A stretch of 64,000 nt of DNA from Candidatus Woesearchaeota archaeon (GTDB taxonomy: Archaea; Nanobdellota; Nanobdellia; Woesearchaeales; WAPY01): contig JBNAUL010000001.1 of the NCBI GenBank assembly GCA_049700835.1, forward strand, positions 308,043 to 372,042. The letters run 5' to 3'. Below, piece by piece: positions 62,364-64,000 of the stretch. The notes under the pieces are model-generated. The model was not told the DNA's origin and searched no databases. It saw nothing but the letters and a program-made list of their open reading frames with translations. The position numbers and the translations under genes are program-made. Each line of letters begins with the position of its first letter. The stretch's first letter is position 1.

Positions 62364-63080
62364 ATGAAAAAAAATTTAGTGCTTTTGTTTTTTTTGGCAC
62401 TTTTCTTGACTACAGCAACAGCACATGCAGAAGTTATAAATCCAGACAACATATCAGAAACAGCGCTTGGAAAGCACGGTACATCGCCTGCCAGGAGTTT
62501 GAATGCAGTAGCAGGAAATGTAACGCAGCTTACAATAACAACACAGACAGTCACGCAGTCATGGCAAGGTTATGTCGGAAACATTTCAGGAACAATAGTT
62601 TTGGACGACTCTAACAACAAAACGCTGTACGATTGGAGTTTGGCAGACCCACAGGGAGAAATCTATGCAGTTAGGACTTCAACAACGCCTGACTGGACAA
62701 GTGTTGTTTGTGCAAATTCAACGCATATAAACACAGAACAGATAGCATTGAACATGGGAGACGGAGCTGATAGGATAAACAACACTTTCACAGAAGATTT
62801 CAGCGGAAGCTTTTTGGTTGGAGGCGTTGTAATAAACTCAACTTCTGGCTGCAAACAAGTAGCAACTTATGTGAACGATGCAGCAGACCCTAGCAAAAAC
62901 TTCAAAGAGGTTTTATTGTACGATCCAACAAACGCATTGATAATATATACTGCACTGATAAAGAAGGGCTACTCTGTAGGTTACAATGGAAACACCTACA
63001 ACTTCCAAATGATAGTTGGAGAAGACGGGCATGGAAACACAGTAGCTTCAACATACTACTTTTATGTTGAAATAGAATAA
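62364..63080 (+). CDS. Secreted subunit, family A (closest to 28562-29293)
   Basis: GAGGTGA RBS, signal peptide, AGNVTQLTI...WQGYVGNISGTIVLDD...LYDW...GEIYA...STYYFYVEIE. Confidence 0.82.
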   Translation: MKKNLVLLFFLALFLTTATAHAEVINPDNISETALGKHGTSPARSLNAVAGNVTQLTITTQTVTQSWQGYVGNISGTIVLDDSNNKTLYDWSLADPQGEIYAVRTSTTPDWTSVVCANSTHINTEQIALNMGDGADRINNTFTEDFSGSFLVGGVVINSTSGCKQVATYVNDAADPSKNFKEVLLYDPTNALIIYTALIKKGYSVGYNGNTYNFQMIVGEDGHGNTVASTYYFYVEIE

Positions 63081-63167
63081 AGTTAAGAGTGCTGAAAAAA
63101 ATTTTGGATTTTAATTTTTATTTTATCTTTTTATGCTTTTTAGTTGAACAAAAATAAAGGCAGGAAA

Positions 63168-64000
63168 ATGGATTTAAATCTTTTGCTTAGTGCACTCACA
63201 AACTTAATTGTAGTTCTAATCATAGCAAAAATAATAGATAATTCCTTTAAAATAAAAAACTACAAAATCGCAGAGTTCTTCTCGGTTTTAGGGCTTTTTT
63301 ACTTATCTTCTTTTATAATAAGCATTTTATACGCTTTTAAATCAGTGCAGGCGAATTTTGTTGAGGTTATGGTATTTGGAACATCGTTCATTACAATAAT
63401 AACTCCACTCATAATATTTGGAGTGTATGCAATAACAAGGAAGAAGATTCACCTTTCTTTAATGATTGTGTATGCATTAATAATCTTTTTAACATTAAAA
63501 GAAGTTGATTCGCTTATAATCCTAATACATTTGATTTCTTATTCAGTATTGATATTGCTCCTTATAAACCTTTTAAGAAATTCCTTTTTTATGAAAACAG
63601 CATTCTATGGAATATTCTATTCTTTTTCTTCTATTATACTTATATTTTTAATGATGGCAAGAAACATATCAGGATATTGGTTTCTGCCAAACATATTCCT
63701 CATGCTTTCATATTATTACTTGATTCCAATATCTTACGAGGACTTTTCAAAAGCAGAGAAAAAGGAGAAAAAAATAAGTTTTTCTCTTTTAATACTTAAA
63801 TACTCTGCATTCATAACAGCACTCCTTTTCTTTTCTTTTTTAAGCACAATTGCTGTCCATGAAATAGGACATGCAGTAGTTGCAAAATTTTATAAATGTC
63901 AAGCAGAATCAGTCATTTACAGCAGGGGATTAACTCCATATACAGAGATTACTTGCCTTAACAACGAGAAACCAGCGCTGTTGATTTTAGGCGGGCTCTT
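63168..64000 (+). CDS. Polytopic membrane protein with HExxH motif (M50/site-2 protease-like), runs off window (not in ORF track)
   Basis: Frame open from ATG 63168 to the window end; multiple TMs; STIAVHEIGHAVVA at about 63843-63884. Confidence 0.7.
   Translation, partial: MDLNLLLSALTNLIVVLIIAKIIDNSFKIKNYKIAEFFSVLGLFYLSSFIISILYAFKSVQANFVEVMVFGTSFITIITPLIIFGVYAITRKKIHLSLMIVYALIIFLTLKEVDSLIILIHLISYSVLILLLINLLRNSFFMKTAFYGIFYSFSSIILIFLMMARNISGYWFLPNIFLMLSYYYLIPISYEDFSKAEKKEKKISFSLLILKYSAFITALLFFSFLSTIAVHEIGHAVVAKFYKCQAESVIYSRGLTPYTEITCLNNEKPALLILGGL

Noticed and set aside
1..64000. CRISPR array or rRNA
   Set aside because: No regularly spaced repeat-spacer units and no rRNA-like segments seen.

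Overview
AT-rich archaeal window, most consistent with a DPANN (Woesearchaeota-like) metagenome assembly. This rests on the archaeal ATP-dependent ligase, GAGGTGA ribosome-binding sites, TTTA(T/A)ATA boxes, porGDAB with ackA, and DUF5752-like domains; there are two 100-N scaffold gaps. Positions 1-42 kb form a nearly all plus-strand cell-surface locus. It holds two membrane-anchored HerA/VirB4-like ATPases (one only partly in the window), two giant secreted Ig-repeat proteins (about 3,500+ aa and 2,886 aa), small secreted subunits, coiled-coil/DUF5752 adaptors and RHH regulators. Positions 42-64 kb are mostly housekeeping genes, two more subunit paralogues and a small TIR/TSD-bounded element carrying a SET gene. 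Two things stand out. (1) One ~200-aa domain ending in (Y/V)(Y/V/N)FY(V/I/L)E(I/L)x occurs as four stand-alone secreted proteins, as the C-terminus of both giants and as the N-terminus of the ATPase, suggesting an undescribed ATPase-anchored filament/adhesin system. (2) The duplicated coding segments here (29 bp to >1.2 kb) have largely lost A- and C-ending codons, e.g. about 390 consecutive T/G-ending codons in the ATPase. The copies remain (near-)identical and a short 3' tail of each repeat stays unconverted, pointing to a polar, mutagenic, homology-dependent gene-conversion process. All calls are by eye from motifs; no database searches were run.
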